DNA from: Octopus sinensis
Taxonomy: Eukaryota
Reading direction: 5' to 3'
DNA length: 64,000 nucleotides
Assembly (NCBI RefSeq): GCF_006345805.1
Contig: NC_042999.1
Location: forward strand, 6,324,001-6,388,000
In this document: piece by piece, positions 38,219 through 50,104 of the stretch
Position numbering within the stretch: the stretch's first letter is position 1
How the letters are laid out: the number at the start of each line of letters is the position of its first letter
Position numbers and translations under genes: made by a program
Notes under the pieces: model-generated
Told to the model about the DNA's origin: nothing
The model's input: only the letters and a program-made list of their open reading frames with translations
The model's database searches: none

Positions 38219-38718
38219 AGTTCTATATTTAAGAGATGAGGAATTATTTACATTTGATGAATATTTGTCCTCATCATGTTTGTTGTTAACACAACGTTTC
38301 GGCTGATATACTCTCCAACCTTCTTCAGGTGTCTTGGGGAAATTTTGAAGCTGGGTTCTCATTCCTAAGGTATTTGCCGACATTATTTTTATTATTACTA
38401 TTATTATTCAGGTCACTGCCTGGAATCGAACTCGAAATCGTGGGGTTAGTAGCCCACGCTCTTAACCACTATATCATGGGCATATGGCATAGTGGTTAAA
38501 AGCATGGGCTACTAACCCCAAGATTCTGAGTTTGATTCCATGCAGTGACCTGAATAATAATAATAATAATAATGATAATATTGGAAAATACCTTAGGAAT
38601 GAGAACCCAGACTTGAAATTTCCCCAAGACACCTGAAGAAGGTTGGAAGGTATATTAGCTGAAACATTGTGTTAACAACAAACAAGATGAGGGCAAATAT
38701 TCGTCAAATGTAAATAAT
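38219..38718. mobile_element. Full-length fold-back element, family A: tRNA-Ser-like head + (AAT)n + minimal hammerhead, as a head-to-head dimer
   Basis: A box TGGCATAGTGG, CTACTAA loop, B box GTTCGATTCC. Intact hammerhead motif on the - strand at 38288-38333. Confidence 0.8.
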
Positions 38719-41008
38719 TATCTTGCATCATCTGGCATAAAGCCACCTCCCTCAATACTACATTCACTGGCGTCTTGTCATGTAGGTTAGTTGGTGACCT
38801 CATTAGTATTGGTTCCATGCAAAAAAAAAAAAAAAAAGCATCTTGTACCCTCTGTAAAATATTTGTCATTAGGAATGGCATCCAGGTGTAGAAATCATGC
38901 CAAAGCAGACAGAAGAGCTTTCTGTGTCCCCTCGACTTGTTGGCTCTTGTCAAATTGTTCCACCCATGCCAGCATGGAAGACTGAGGTTAAATGATGATC
39001 ACTCACACTTGCACACACTGCCATTATCACCATCGTCACCATCATTTAACGTCCATCTTTGTTTTCTGTGTTTGCATAGGTTGAATGTTTTGACAGGATC
39101 CAGCAAGTTGGAGGACTGTTGTACTGTAATACCTGCTGTGGCATGATTTCTATGGCTGGATGCTTTTCCTAGTGCCAATCCCTTTACAGAGTGTACTGAG
39201 TGCTTTTATAGTGACACCAGCACTTGTGCAGTTTTGGAAGAGATGGTGGATTGGGAGGGGAGGAGAGAAAAATAGTGATGAGGTGTCTGGGTAGACTCTC
39301 AAAGCATGAGGCATGTAGAAGTGTGTGGGGACAGGAGAGCTGGGAGTGTGGGTGGAGGTTGCAAGAGTGTAGGGGGAGAGAAATGGGAATGAGGGAGGGG
39401 TGAATATAATGAATATCATGAGCAATGAACAAGTGTTGAGTGGGGGAGAGTAGGTGACAACTGTAAAGATTGGATAGGTAGGGTGCAATGAATGGTGAAT
39501 TAGGGGTGGAAGGTTTATCAATGATGATGGAAGGTGAGGAATAGCAGAAGAGTAATAATTAGACGAGAGTGAGAGATGATGATGATGATGTGTGGTTGGC
39601 TAAGTTGTCATCACTTTTCTACCAGCCAGACACCTGCTGACTGGTTTTCCTGGGGGAATGGTTTCTGTCTAGATACTCCTTATACCACTAACCTTTGTAA
39701 TTATTGACTATTATTGCTTGTAAGGTGAAAGAGTGCATATTCTAAAACCAGAAGTGTGTATATTTATACACAAACACACATGTATATATTTGTATATTTT
39801 GAAGATTTTTTTGTTGTTGTTGTGATTGAGAAATGTTTTTTGAAAGTGTTTAAACTTTGTATTTTCTGTGACTTTGTCTCTAACTTATGCTGTTCTCTGT
39901 AATACTTGACCATGTCTTGATAAAACTCACTTCCACTCATCTGACCTGTTGAAATTACATGTTTTTTTTTTTCTTTTCTTTTTTGTTTTGTATTTTGATT
40001 TATAAATTGTTTATGTTAACGATTCTGATTGTGACTTTAACTTAATCTATTGTTGAGGTTGTTCATAGTGAAACCCTTGAACACATGAATGTTGTGACAA
40101 GGATAGTAATATTATTGTAGATTATTATAGTTTAAATTCCAGCATCATTTACAACGAATGTTTACAAAATTTAATCAAATGTACAAATTCGATATACTAA
40201 ATATCCTGAAATATATTGATAATTTTGGTTTTAAGCGATCTCAATAAAATGGGGAGAGACTAATTTTGTAAATATCCCTATATTATTTACCAAACTTTGA
40301 GAAAATTGCCATTGTAGTCTCTAAACTAATCCCACTCTAATTTTCGCCAAAATTCCTTAGAGTCTTTGAAATGGAAACTTTCGACATGGTAATTTGCAGT
40401 ACCAAAATATAAATCAGATATTCGTGAAATTATTATTCCTTTAATCCAAAATTCAAAATTATTTATTTGCAATACTAAACCTTCTATTTAAGTCTTATAA
40501 ACTTGTCATTACAAATTTAAAATAAACCCTATAAAATTTACAACTTTTAAATCTAAAATTTTTTTGATAATTTGTCCTTTATTTGATAAACTCTTCAACG
40601 TCAATAATTAATGTAGCTTAAAAATTATTTATTTCCAAAAATTATTTATTTCCTGCTGAACTGCAACAAAAAAATCCACCTAATCTTGTATTGCAAAATA
40701 CCTGTTTCCACCTGTGTAAAGTTACGAATCTCAAGAATTAAATAGTTTCTTCTGAATATATTTCAAAGAATTAAAACTTTAACACTAGTTCAATATTATG
40801 TATAAACGCTTTAAATCTCAGTACTTATACATAATGTTGACCTTCATCCTTTTGTGCCTATGTTGCTTTGTGGATATGTTTGAGTGTGTTTGTGTGTATA
40901 GATGTGAGTGTGCATGCGTGTTTGTCCAATTTAATTTTTTTTTCTCCCTATTTCTAAATATTATTAAATTTCCATTTGTCTGCTTCCAAGTGCGTTCATC
41001 TGTTTCAG

Positions 41009-41143
41009 ATGATCTGATCTCACTACTAGACGCAGGTGCAGATCATCCAAGCGTGGTCATTGATGCTGATGTCATGTTCAATGAAGACATGTTTGGCTAC
41101 TCATCCTTGCGCAGCAGAGGGTCAGGTGCTCGATCCAGGCTTG
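41009..41143 (+). CDS. UBR5: UBR5 exon 8 (DDLISLLDAGADHPSVVIDADVMFNEDMFGYSSLRSRGSGARSRL)
   Basis: tgtttcag acceptor (an in-frame alternative start at 40991 is possible), TTG|GTGAGT donor. Conserved HPSV.IDAD.MF.ED. Confidence 0.94.
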
Positions 41144-41902
41144 GTGAGTTTGGTTTGCACTTTTTCCTTAGTTTCTCAAATCTTAAGAAACTATTGACAG
41201 CTTTCTGCAGAATTAATATTTCTAAAGAATACCTTCCTTTGTATTCTTCTTTTGGCTTCTTTATTTTTTTAAAGGAGTCTCTTTCTATTCAATAACTCTG
41301 TTAATCCTGGCCAGTTAAAGTTTTTATCACAATTAACAACATATTTATTAGACATAAATAATTTATTATATAAAAACTAAAGCCCTAATCCACTTCTTTC
41401 AAAATATTAGACTATTTTATATTTGAAATTAAAAGTTTACATTTTTATCTTAATTATTTTCCTTTAAACAAACTTCGAAATAAAACAGAAATACAGCAAA
41501 TATTCTTCCTGAGCAAAATCGAGGTCCTAATCTTAAACTTTCATAATTTGGGGCATTTTAAACAGTTATTTAATAACTTACAGTATATAATTCATCGATT
41601 ATTTCATAAGATAAAATATCAAACAGAAATTAAGTTGTTCTAGAAAACAAACTACAGACTATTTATTAAAAGAACAATAAGATCAGCTCTATGTAATTTA
41701 AAGATTTTTTAGAAATTTTGTGTAACTTTATGTAATGTATTAAATACTTTTAGTATTTTTAATATTTGCTTGTTAATTATATTTTGTATGTGTTTGCAAT
41801 AAATCTGATTTATCAAAAATAGTCTGAATAAGACAATATATATTATTTTCCCCTTCTTTATTCATTTTGTTATTAAATATTTCATTGTTGTTTTCTTTGC
41901 AG

Positions 41903-42123
41903 CTGGTGAAAGGGAACGTGATATCGATAGAGACCGAGATCGGGAGTCAATATTTCGTATCAGAGATCGACGGCGACTGATGGAGAGCTCTCTACGAGAA
42001 GAAAGCATGAAAGCTCTTGACAGTAAAAATGACTCCGTCATTGGTGAAAACAAAAAAGCTGTTACTAGTCCTCCTCCAAGTCCCTTAATTTTTGGAGAAG
42101 ATTTGCAATTTTGGACTGAGAAG
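41903..42123 (+). CDS. UBR5: UBR5 exon 9 (GERERDIDRDRDRESIFRIRDRRR...SPLIFGEDLQFWTEK)
   Basis: tttctttgcag acceptor, AAG|GTGAAG donor. Conserved GEDLQ.W. Confidence 0.94.
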
Positions 42124-42344
42124 GTGAAGAACTTATTTCCTAATCTTTTAATCATCTACAAATGACAAATTCAAATTTTTTTTTGTTTTCCTTTGATTGA
42201 TTTTACATTATTTATTGATTTGTTAATTTAAGCAAATTTTCTTAATCGCTGCCACTTTCCATATTTTATTTCACATTCTTTCATTGCACTTTTACAATTT
42301 GGGTTGGTGAGTGGAGGAGGTTAGCCATCTCATTATCACCTGGG

Positions 42345-42935
42345 GGACACTAAAACTCTGCTTGCGATGACCTGTTGAGGCAAGTGAAATCAAAATCAAA
42401 TTCGATGACTGGTGTCCGTGCTAGAGGGGTGCAAAGAGCACCATACGAGTGTGATCATTGACAGAGCGGCTAACCAGCTTCCGTGCCAGTGGCACTTAAA
42501 AGGCACCATTTGAGCACGATCGTTACCAGTGTCACCTTACTGGCACTCGAGCCGTGTGCTAGTAGGGTATTAAGAGCACCACCCGAGTGTGATCATTGCC
42601 AGAGCGGCGATCTGGCCCCCGTGCCGGTGGCACGTAAAAGACACCATTTGAGTGTGATCGTTACCAGCATCGCCTTACTGGCACCTGTGCTGGTGGCATG
42701 TGTAAAAAGATTTGAGCAAGGTCGTTGCCAGTACTGCCTGACTGGCCCCGTACTGGTGGCACGTAAAAGCACCCACTACACTCTTGGGAGTGGTTGGCAT
42801 TAGGAAGGGCATCCAGCTGTAGAAACTCTGCCAGATCAAGATTGGAGCCTGGTGCAGCCATGTGGTTCGCCAGCCCTCAGTCAAAATCGTCCAACCCATG
42901 CTAGCATGGAAAGCGGACGTTAAACGATGATGATG
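42345..42935 (+). mobile_element. RTE 3'-UTR fragment (six sub-repeats) with a 70-bp flanking direct repeat
   Basis: Direct repeat at 42275-42344 and 42936-43005; (GAT)n tail. Confidence 0.9.
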
Positions 42936-44056
42936 ATTCTTTCATTCCACTTTTACAATTTGGATTGGTGAGTGGAGGAGGTGAGCCACCTCATTTTCAC
43001 CTGGGAATAAAATATTTTACCCTTAATCACTTTTGCTTTAACCACTACCACCACTACTGCTATCATATAAATGCATTTATTTCTAAGTGAAGGCTTAGCT
43101 GTATGGTTGTTAAGTAGTTCTCTTCTGTTGGACAAGTGTCTTGTGGTATAGCCCTGGGCTGACCAAACCCTTTTGAATAAATTTAGTAGTGAGAAACTGA
43201 ATGAAGCCCATCATGTGTATATACGTGTTTGTGTGTTAATGTCTTGTTTGCTTCTGCAAACAGTTTCAGTGCACGAGCAGTGTTGCTGTTATTATTGTTA
43301 GTTCATCTGTCAACCAAATCATTTATTAACTTTGCACCTTTGAAGCTATATGGAATAAGGTATCATCATCGTTTAACGTCCACTTTCCATGCTAGCATGG
43401 GTTGGAGGGTTCGACCGGGGTCTGGGAAGCCAGGAGGCTGCACCAGCCCAGTCTGATCTGGCAGTGTTTCTACAGCTGGATGCCCTTCCTAATGCCAACC
43501 ACTCCATGAGTGTAGTGGATGCTTTTTATGTGCCAGGGGAGGCTGGCAGCAGCCATGATCTGTTGGTGCCTTTTGCGTGCCACTGGCACAGAGGCCAGTT
43601 GAGGCGGTGCTGGCCACGGCCACATTGGATGTTTCTTTAATATGCCACCGGCACTGGTATCACAACTACAATTTCCATTGATTTTTGATCGATTTCGATT
43701 TCACTTGCCTCAACAGGTATCCTTACTTGAAAAATAGATAAGGTTTAGTGACAGGAAGGGCCTCGGTAACATTTGTCTAACTCTTGCAAGCTTGGAAAAA
43801 CATACAAAATGAGCAAACAGTTTTCTGATTTAATGAATAGCATCATTTTTTTTTTTTTTTTTGTGTTGAATCTAATTCACTGTTGTTTTCTGTTTTTCTT
43901 TTTTAGTCCAACACTGACTTCCAGTTAACAAATCTTTCTCTCAGCTCTGTCATCTAATATCACTATGCTCACAGTCTAAATCCCTTTCGTCTTGTTTTGT
44001 AATAAGTGATTTAACGAATACTTTTTTAATAATTTGTATTTTATCTATTTTTTCAG

Positions 44057-44179
44057 GATGGTAGTTTCCCCAAATTTTCTCACATAGCTGCAATGCATTC
44101 TGAACTTGTAGCTGTAAGCACAAATGGTTGCCTCTATGGTTGGAAATGGTCAGATCCGGAGCCTTACCGTAGTTCAGAG
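44057..44179 (+). CDS. UBR5: UBR5 exon 10 (DGSFPKFSHIAAMHSELVAVSTNGCLYGWKWSDPEPYRSSE)
   Basis: tttttcag acceptor, GAG|GTGAGT donor. Conserved SEL.AV...G.LY.WKWS..EPY. Confidence 0.95.
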
Positions 44180-44985
44180 GTGAGTTGTTTATTATTCCAT
44201 ACCATCACCATTGTTGAGGCTGTTGTTGTTAATCATCAGAGTTCAACTATTTGTAGTCAGTGAATCTAAATTCTTTGCAATAAACATGTCATTTTTATGG
44301 TTAAATAATTTAGGGTAAAAAGAAAATTTTCGATGTGAAGTCTGAAGATATTTTAGGGAGGCTTTTATTTACATTAAAATCTGTGTAAATATAATTTAGA
44401 ATTGAAAAAAATACTTTTTCTTTACTTGAAATCTTAAACCACTGAGAACTGTTGAATAGTTTGTAATTAACATTTAAAGAAATAAAGAAGTTGGCATCAC
44501 TTAAAAAGCACCTGTGCTGGGCCATGTGAAAAAACGCTGGTGCCTGAACCTTGTAAAAAGCATCCAGTACACTCTGTAAAGTGGTTGGCATTAGGAAGGG
44601 CCTTTAGCTATAGGAACCAGGCCAAATCAGACTGGAACCTGGTCCAGCTCTTCAACTCTGGTCAAACCGTCCAACCCATTCCAGTATGGAAAACGGATGT
44701 TAAATAATCATCTGAACGTGTCCGATGCCAGTACCGCCTGACTGGCTCCCGTGCTGGTGGCGCATAAAAAGCACTATCTGAATGTGATCGATGCCAGTAT
44801 TGCCAGAGCTTGGTGCAGCCGCTGGCTCTCCAGACCTCAGTCAAACCATCCAACCCATGCCAGCATGGAAGACAGATGTTAAACGATGATGATGATGATA
44901 TTAAACAATGAATTGTGTGAATGTAACAATTTCTATTTTCTGCCTCTTGTTATTAATAATGCTTGTTTTTCGTGTTTGCTTTCAG

Positions 44986-45254
44986 AACACTTCAAATCAT
45001 CATCCGAAAGCTGCTGCTTTAGGGCTGACAGGTGAAAAAATAGTTGGTCTTTCAGCGTGTTCCGTGAGAGCTTCAGTATTCTTGGAATCTGGTAAAGTGG
45101 CTACATGGGTTGATGACAGCCTTAACATTGTCGCTGCCAAACTAGAACATCCAGCTCAGACATTCCCTGAATTTCAGACAGACAAAATCGTTTCTCTGCA
45201 TACTTGTTCTCTCTACACATGTGCTCGATTAGAAAGTGGTGCATTATATTGGTG
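44986..45254 (+). CDS. UBR5: UBR5 exon 11 (NTSNHHPKAAALGL...CARLESGALYW)
   Basis: gctttcag acceptor, TG|GTAAGT donor. Conserved KVATWVD..KLEH.AQT. Confidence 0.96.
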
Positions 45255-45317
45255 GTAAGTGATTGATTTTTCTGCTTGGATCAAATGTTTAAATTGTACG
45301 ACATGAGTTTATTGCGT

Positions 45318-45820
45318 GGAGGTGCGTGGCTTAGTGGTTAGGGTGTCAGCATCATGATCGTAAGATTGTGGTTTCGATTCCTGGACCGGGTGATGCGATG
45401 TGTTCTTGAGCAAAACACTTTATTTCACGTTGCTCCAGTCCACTCAGCTGGCAAAAAGGAGTAACGCTGCAATGGACTGGTGTCCCGTCCAGCTGGGTAA
45501 CACGCCATTGAAACTGGGAAACCGGGCCCATGAGCTTGGCTAAGCATTAAAAGGGCGCATTTTGTGGAGGCGCATGGCTTAGTGGTTAGGGTGTCAGTAC
45601 CATGATTGTAAGATTGTGGTTTCGATTCCTGAACTGGGTGACGTGTTGTGTTCTTGAGCAAAACACTTCATTTCACGTTGCTCCAGTCCACTCAGCTGGC
45701 AAAAAGGAGTAACGCTGCAATGGACTGGTGCCCCGTCCAGCTGGGGAACACATACGCCATAGAAACCAGGAAACCAGGCCCATGAGCCTGGCTAGGCTTT
45801 AAAAAGGTGCATTTATTTAT
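45318..45820 (+). mobile_element. tRNA-derived SINE family 4, tandem dimer. A single copy lies at 33515-33762
   Basis: Units start GGAGG.GC.TGGCTTAGTGGTTAGG at 45318 and 45566; GGTTTCGATTCC B box. Confidence 0.87.
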
Positions 45821-46480
45821 TTTATGATTTTATTGCACCTGTTGTGTTCGATCTCTGGGGCCTTAAAGCTGACCTTGTACTTAACATTGGTTTATTGTTG
45901 ACGCAGAGCAACAGAAGTAGCTTGGCTGATTTTCACACCACATTGGCGATATTCCATATGACCAATCATTCTTTATATGGATACCCAGCTTGTTACATCA
46001 TAATTAAAGAAATATTAAATTAGATTCAGAATTTTCTTATTGTGACTGTTATCACATTTTGATGGTGATATTTTTCTAGATTGGGGTGGCCAGGTGTTTC
46101 TATGGTAAAACAACTATCTCTGTCTGCTCCCTCTCTCAACTAAGAGGTCCTTGTCTTACAGGTTACTTTGACAACCCCACTTGTGCTGGTGCCACATGAA
46201 AAACACCCAGTACACTCTGTAAGGTCATTGGCGTTAGGAAGGGCATCCAGTCTCAGAGACCATGTGAGCCTGGTGCAGCCCTCTGGCTTGCCAGCTTTTG
46301 TCAAACTGTCAAACCCATGCCAGCATAGTTAAAAGATGATGATCATAATGATATTTTGCCAGATATGATTTCCAGAAAGTTGAAATGGAATTTCAACAAT
46401 TCTTGTTATTCAAAATTAGTTTTGTCTCAATTTTCCAATCAGAATGATTTACGAATTATGCTTGATCATTTCTTTAACAG

Positions 46481-46589
46481 GGGTGTCATGCCATTTGGTC
46501 AAAGGAAGAAATTGCTTGAGAAGAACAAATCAAAAAAGAAAAAAAATAAAGACAGCAGCGTTAACAATGAAGTTGTAGCTGGGTCTTTG
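46481..46589 (+). CDS. UBR5: UBR5 exon 12 (GVMPFGQRKKLLEKNKSKKKKNKDSSVNNEVVAGSL)
   Basis: tttaacag acceptor, TTG|GTGAGT donor. Contains a basic, NLS-like stretch. Confidence 0.94.
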
Positions 46590-47634
46590 GTGAGTGTCAT
46601 TTCTGTATTGCTGCTTCTTTCCAATGTTTTGGTAATTCCATTATAATCACATAAATCTCTGAATTTTCTAAACCATTTTTATTTTACATTTCTTGTAAAG
46701 AATTTATTTCAGTACTTTCTTTTTTAGATACTAAATTAATGATTTCTAACTTTGGCAATTTCAAATTTGGTGGAGGGTGGGGGTACAGTTTTAATTATTT
46801 TGCCTCAGAACTTAACTGGTGCTTTATCAGCTGTGGAAATAGGAAAGACAAAGTTTTGATTTGAGCTGGATTTGAATTCAGATTGTAAAGAAATTGTGAC
46901 TGAATATCAATTGTAAAGCATTTTGTCTGATTGTGTTACTGGTTCTGTCAAATTAATTAATGTCTAAAGTCAATATTCCTCTAGTTTTTGAGTTCTTTAC
47001 CATATTACCTTGTTCTTATTGAATACAAATAAAATTTTTTAAGGGAATATGATAATCTTGAGAGTTTTAAAGATAAATACGAAATGGCCTCATTCCCTAA
47101 ATTAATTTAGCCTTCAACTTTCATTTTTCATCATCATTTAACATCCATATTCCATGCTAGGACTACTAGTAGTCCATCACAGGACTACTTATTATGATTA
47201 CCAGCTGAGTGGACTGGAGTGATGTGAAATGAAGTGTCTTGCTCAAAAACACAATGCATAGCCTGGCCCAGGAATTGAAACCACAATCTTATCGTGAGTC
47301 CTGTGTCCTAAAAGTTATATTACCCTGTTCTGGGTTATTTCTCTTCATCAGCACAGAATAATTGTTCGGCTGGAAAATATAAGGACACAGATCTTGTCAT
47401 ATAGCCAGCTGGAGACGGTCTCCTTGGGCTAAATTACAGCAACATTCATCCTAAACCAGGACTGCCATGTTATGTTGGCAAATAATCTTTACTGCAAAGT
47501 ACTATTGCTGAATATCTCTCGTGAGATTTACAAATAGTAATTATCTAATTAGAATTTGTGTTTTAAATTACTCTTAAAATTTAAAATTAATTTTCGAATT
47601 TACCTGTAATTAAAATGAAAAATTGCTCTTTCAG

Positions 47635-47914
47635 GTTTGTTTGCGTAGCAGTCCTATGTATCACTCAGGGGCATTGGGATTTACCACTGTTGATGGTGTT
47701 CCAAAAGTTGGTCAGCTGATGGAATCAGCATGGTCGTTGAATGATACCTGTCGTTTCAAGATAATCCGGGTGTCAGTTAGTGATGTGAAGGTGGAGACAA
47801 AAGTCGAAAACAAAAGCTCTGACTGTAAACCAGATATGCCTCCCCCTCCATCACCAGCTTCATCTACATGTAGCGATCACAGTGGAACATCCATTGTTAG
47901 TCCAGTATCTCTCA
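47635..47914 (+). CDS. UBR5: UBR5 exon 13 ([13 protein letters not shown]...[26 protein letters not shown])
   Basis: ctctttcag acceptor, A|GTAAGT donor. Conserved PKVG.LMES.W..ND.CRF. Confidence 0.95.
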
Positions 47915-48063
47915 GTAAGTAACAAGTTTGCTTGTTTTTATTCTTTAATTTCATTCTCATTTTCAGTCAGTTTAAATTTAGTTTTATAAAGTTGTCTTCC
48001 TTCTTACAAAGGAAGAGAATGTTTCGTCATTATTCTACTAACATTTAACTAATTAAACTACAG

Positions 48064-48185
48064 AGCGGAAGAAAACTCCTACACCACTCAAGGAGATGGA
48101 GAAAAAGGATGAAGAAAACTGGCCTTTGAAGACTGTAATATTTGTTGAAGATATTAAAACAGTTCCTATCGGAAAAGTGCTCAAA
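48064..48185 (+). CDS. UBR5: UBR5 exon 14 ([41 protein letters not shown])
   Basis: ctacag acceptor, AAA|GTGAGT donor. Conserved V.FVED.K.VP.GKVLK. Confidence 0.95.
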
Positions 48186-48639
48186 GTGAGTCAAATATTT
48201 CAATTCTTTTGCTTAATTTCTAATTTCTGATAATCTTCAAAGTTTTTAAGAGTTTTAGTTACACGAATAATCAATACTAAATTTTTTGTTTTTTTTTCAC
48301 TTAAATTTACATTTAAATTCTATTTTAATAACTTTTTTGTATGTAATCTTGCCTTTCTGGTTAAAATATTCTGAGGGTTATTAGATGGGTTAGATTTATT
48401 CTTGGTAGCAAGTAGGTATTGCATTGTTAATGCTATCGGCTATTTCGTTTTTGCATAATATTCCTGTAATTTGAACTGTCGACCCTTTGTAAGTGATTGT
48501 TTAGATATTCTGCTCGACGTAGGGTAGTAGGCTTTGCTGGTCACTGCTGTCATACTGAACAACCAGCCACATTGTTATATTTTGGAGACCCCCACACTCA
48601 GATGGAGGAAGAAAGCTACACGCCTATATTTATGTTATA

Positions 48640-49161
48640 CCGTAAATCTTCGAATATATTCACATTTTTTCCCCAAAATTTAATGGTCAAAATCCGTACT
48701 GCGTACTATATACGAGGTTAAAAATGAAAAATATTTTCTCAGCAATGTCCGAGTCTCTATTTGCTATCCAGCAATGTTTATTCAGATGCATTTTGTGATG
48801 TCAGGCGCGAAAATACATTAAGCTAAGCCTGAAAGCAATGAAGTCATAAAAGAATCATCCATAACTTGCAGTAAGCAACATTTATCAAAATAAAAGTATT
48901 CAGAACACAGAATAACATGTAACAAAAACAATTTACAAACATATTTACATTTCCATATAACAGTTAAGAACAATCACCATTATTGTATTACGCATGTGCG
49001 GAAGTGTTTGTTCGACTAGGTGCTACTGGCTTAATTACGCACGACTCAAGTTAGAGAAGGGGTGCGTATTATACACAAGGTTTAGGTTTTTCAGAGGTAC
49101 AGCCCCCTAAAAATCTCCTGTGTATTATACTCAAGGGTGGACTTTACTCAAAGATTTACGG
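48640..49161. mobile_element. pogo/Tigger-type MITE
   Basis: TA|CCGTAAATCTTCGAATA ... TACTCAAAGATTTACGG|TA (15 of 17 TIR positions match). Confidence 0.8.
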
Positions 49162-50104
49162 TAGTCAGGGACACCACATAAAACTGAAAACCTACCAAAA
49201 TTAATGGGAGACAGGAATTAGCAGCCACTTGAAGAACTCTGGCAAAATTTTGAAAGAAACCTACCAACACTATTCTAACTTTCTAGGCATTAATAATAGT
49301 AAATAGTTTTATTTTTCTGTTTGTAAGTCTTTGGTTACTTTTGTTTAGAGTTTTCAGTTTTTCTCAAATATGGGTTTTGCAGAGACCATTTCATTCCTTG
49401 CATAATTTTTGTCAGTCATATAATCACAGGGTATCTAAATAAAACTGAGCAACAGATTCTCTCTCCCTAATTCTGCTCAGTCTAGTTGTAACACAAATGT
49501 ATGTTTAAATGTCTCTGGGTTTCGTGAGGCAATAAGTTACGAGGCTAAAACGAACTCTCTGAATTAATGGTTGAGATCTTTGGTAAAACACAGCTGTAAA
49601 ATGGTAATGTTAAAAAATATTGAGGGGTGGGGGGAAAACAAAACTAAGTATTATGGTTGTTATTTGACACTAATTACTAAATGTCTGGAATATTTTTAAC
49701 ATGTTGCCTGCCACAGGATATTGATATGATCTGCTTCTATTTGCCAAAAGGGTTTTATTAATTTTCTCAAATCAGAAAGCTGAAATATTTTATGTGGTGG
49801 TGTATAGGTACATAATACATGTAATTACACTACAATGATCATCATCATTTAGCATCCGCTTTCTATGCTGGCATGGGTTGGACGGTGCAACTGGGGTCTG
49901 GGAAGCCAGAAGGCTGCACCAGGCCCAGTCTGATCTGGCAATGTTTCTACAGCTGGATGCCCTTCCTAACGCCAACCACTCCATGAGTGTGGTGGGTGCT
50001 TTTTACGTGCCACCGGCACAGGTGCCAGATGAGGCTGGCAAACGGCCACGGTCGGATGGTGCTTTTTACGTGCCACCGGCACGGAGGCGAGGCGAGGCTG
50101 GAGT

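Noticed and set aside
38478-38555. tRNA-Ser-like sequence as a functional tRNA gene
   Set aside because: It lacks the Ser variable arm, has a poorly paired acceptor stem, and is embedded in a repeated element. Treated as a SINE-type head.
39230-39590. Purine-rich unique stretch ending in (GAT)n
   Set aside because: May be a retroposed or transduced fragment, but no frame gives a recognisable protein and no second copy or TSD was found.
42416-42780. Regularly spaced repeats (about 68 nt period) with variable spacers, superficially CRISPR-like
   Set aside because: They are sub-repeats of the RTE 3' UTR in a eukaryotic intron. The spacers are related to each other and there are no cas genes.
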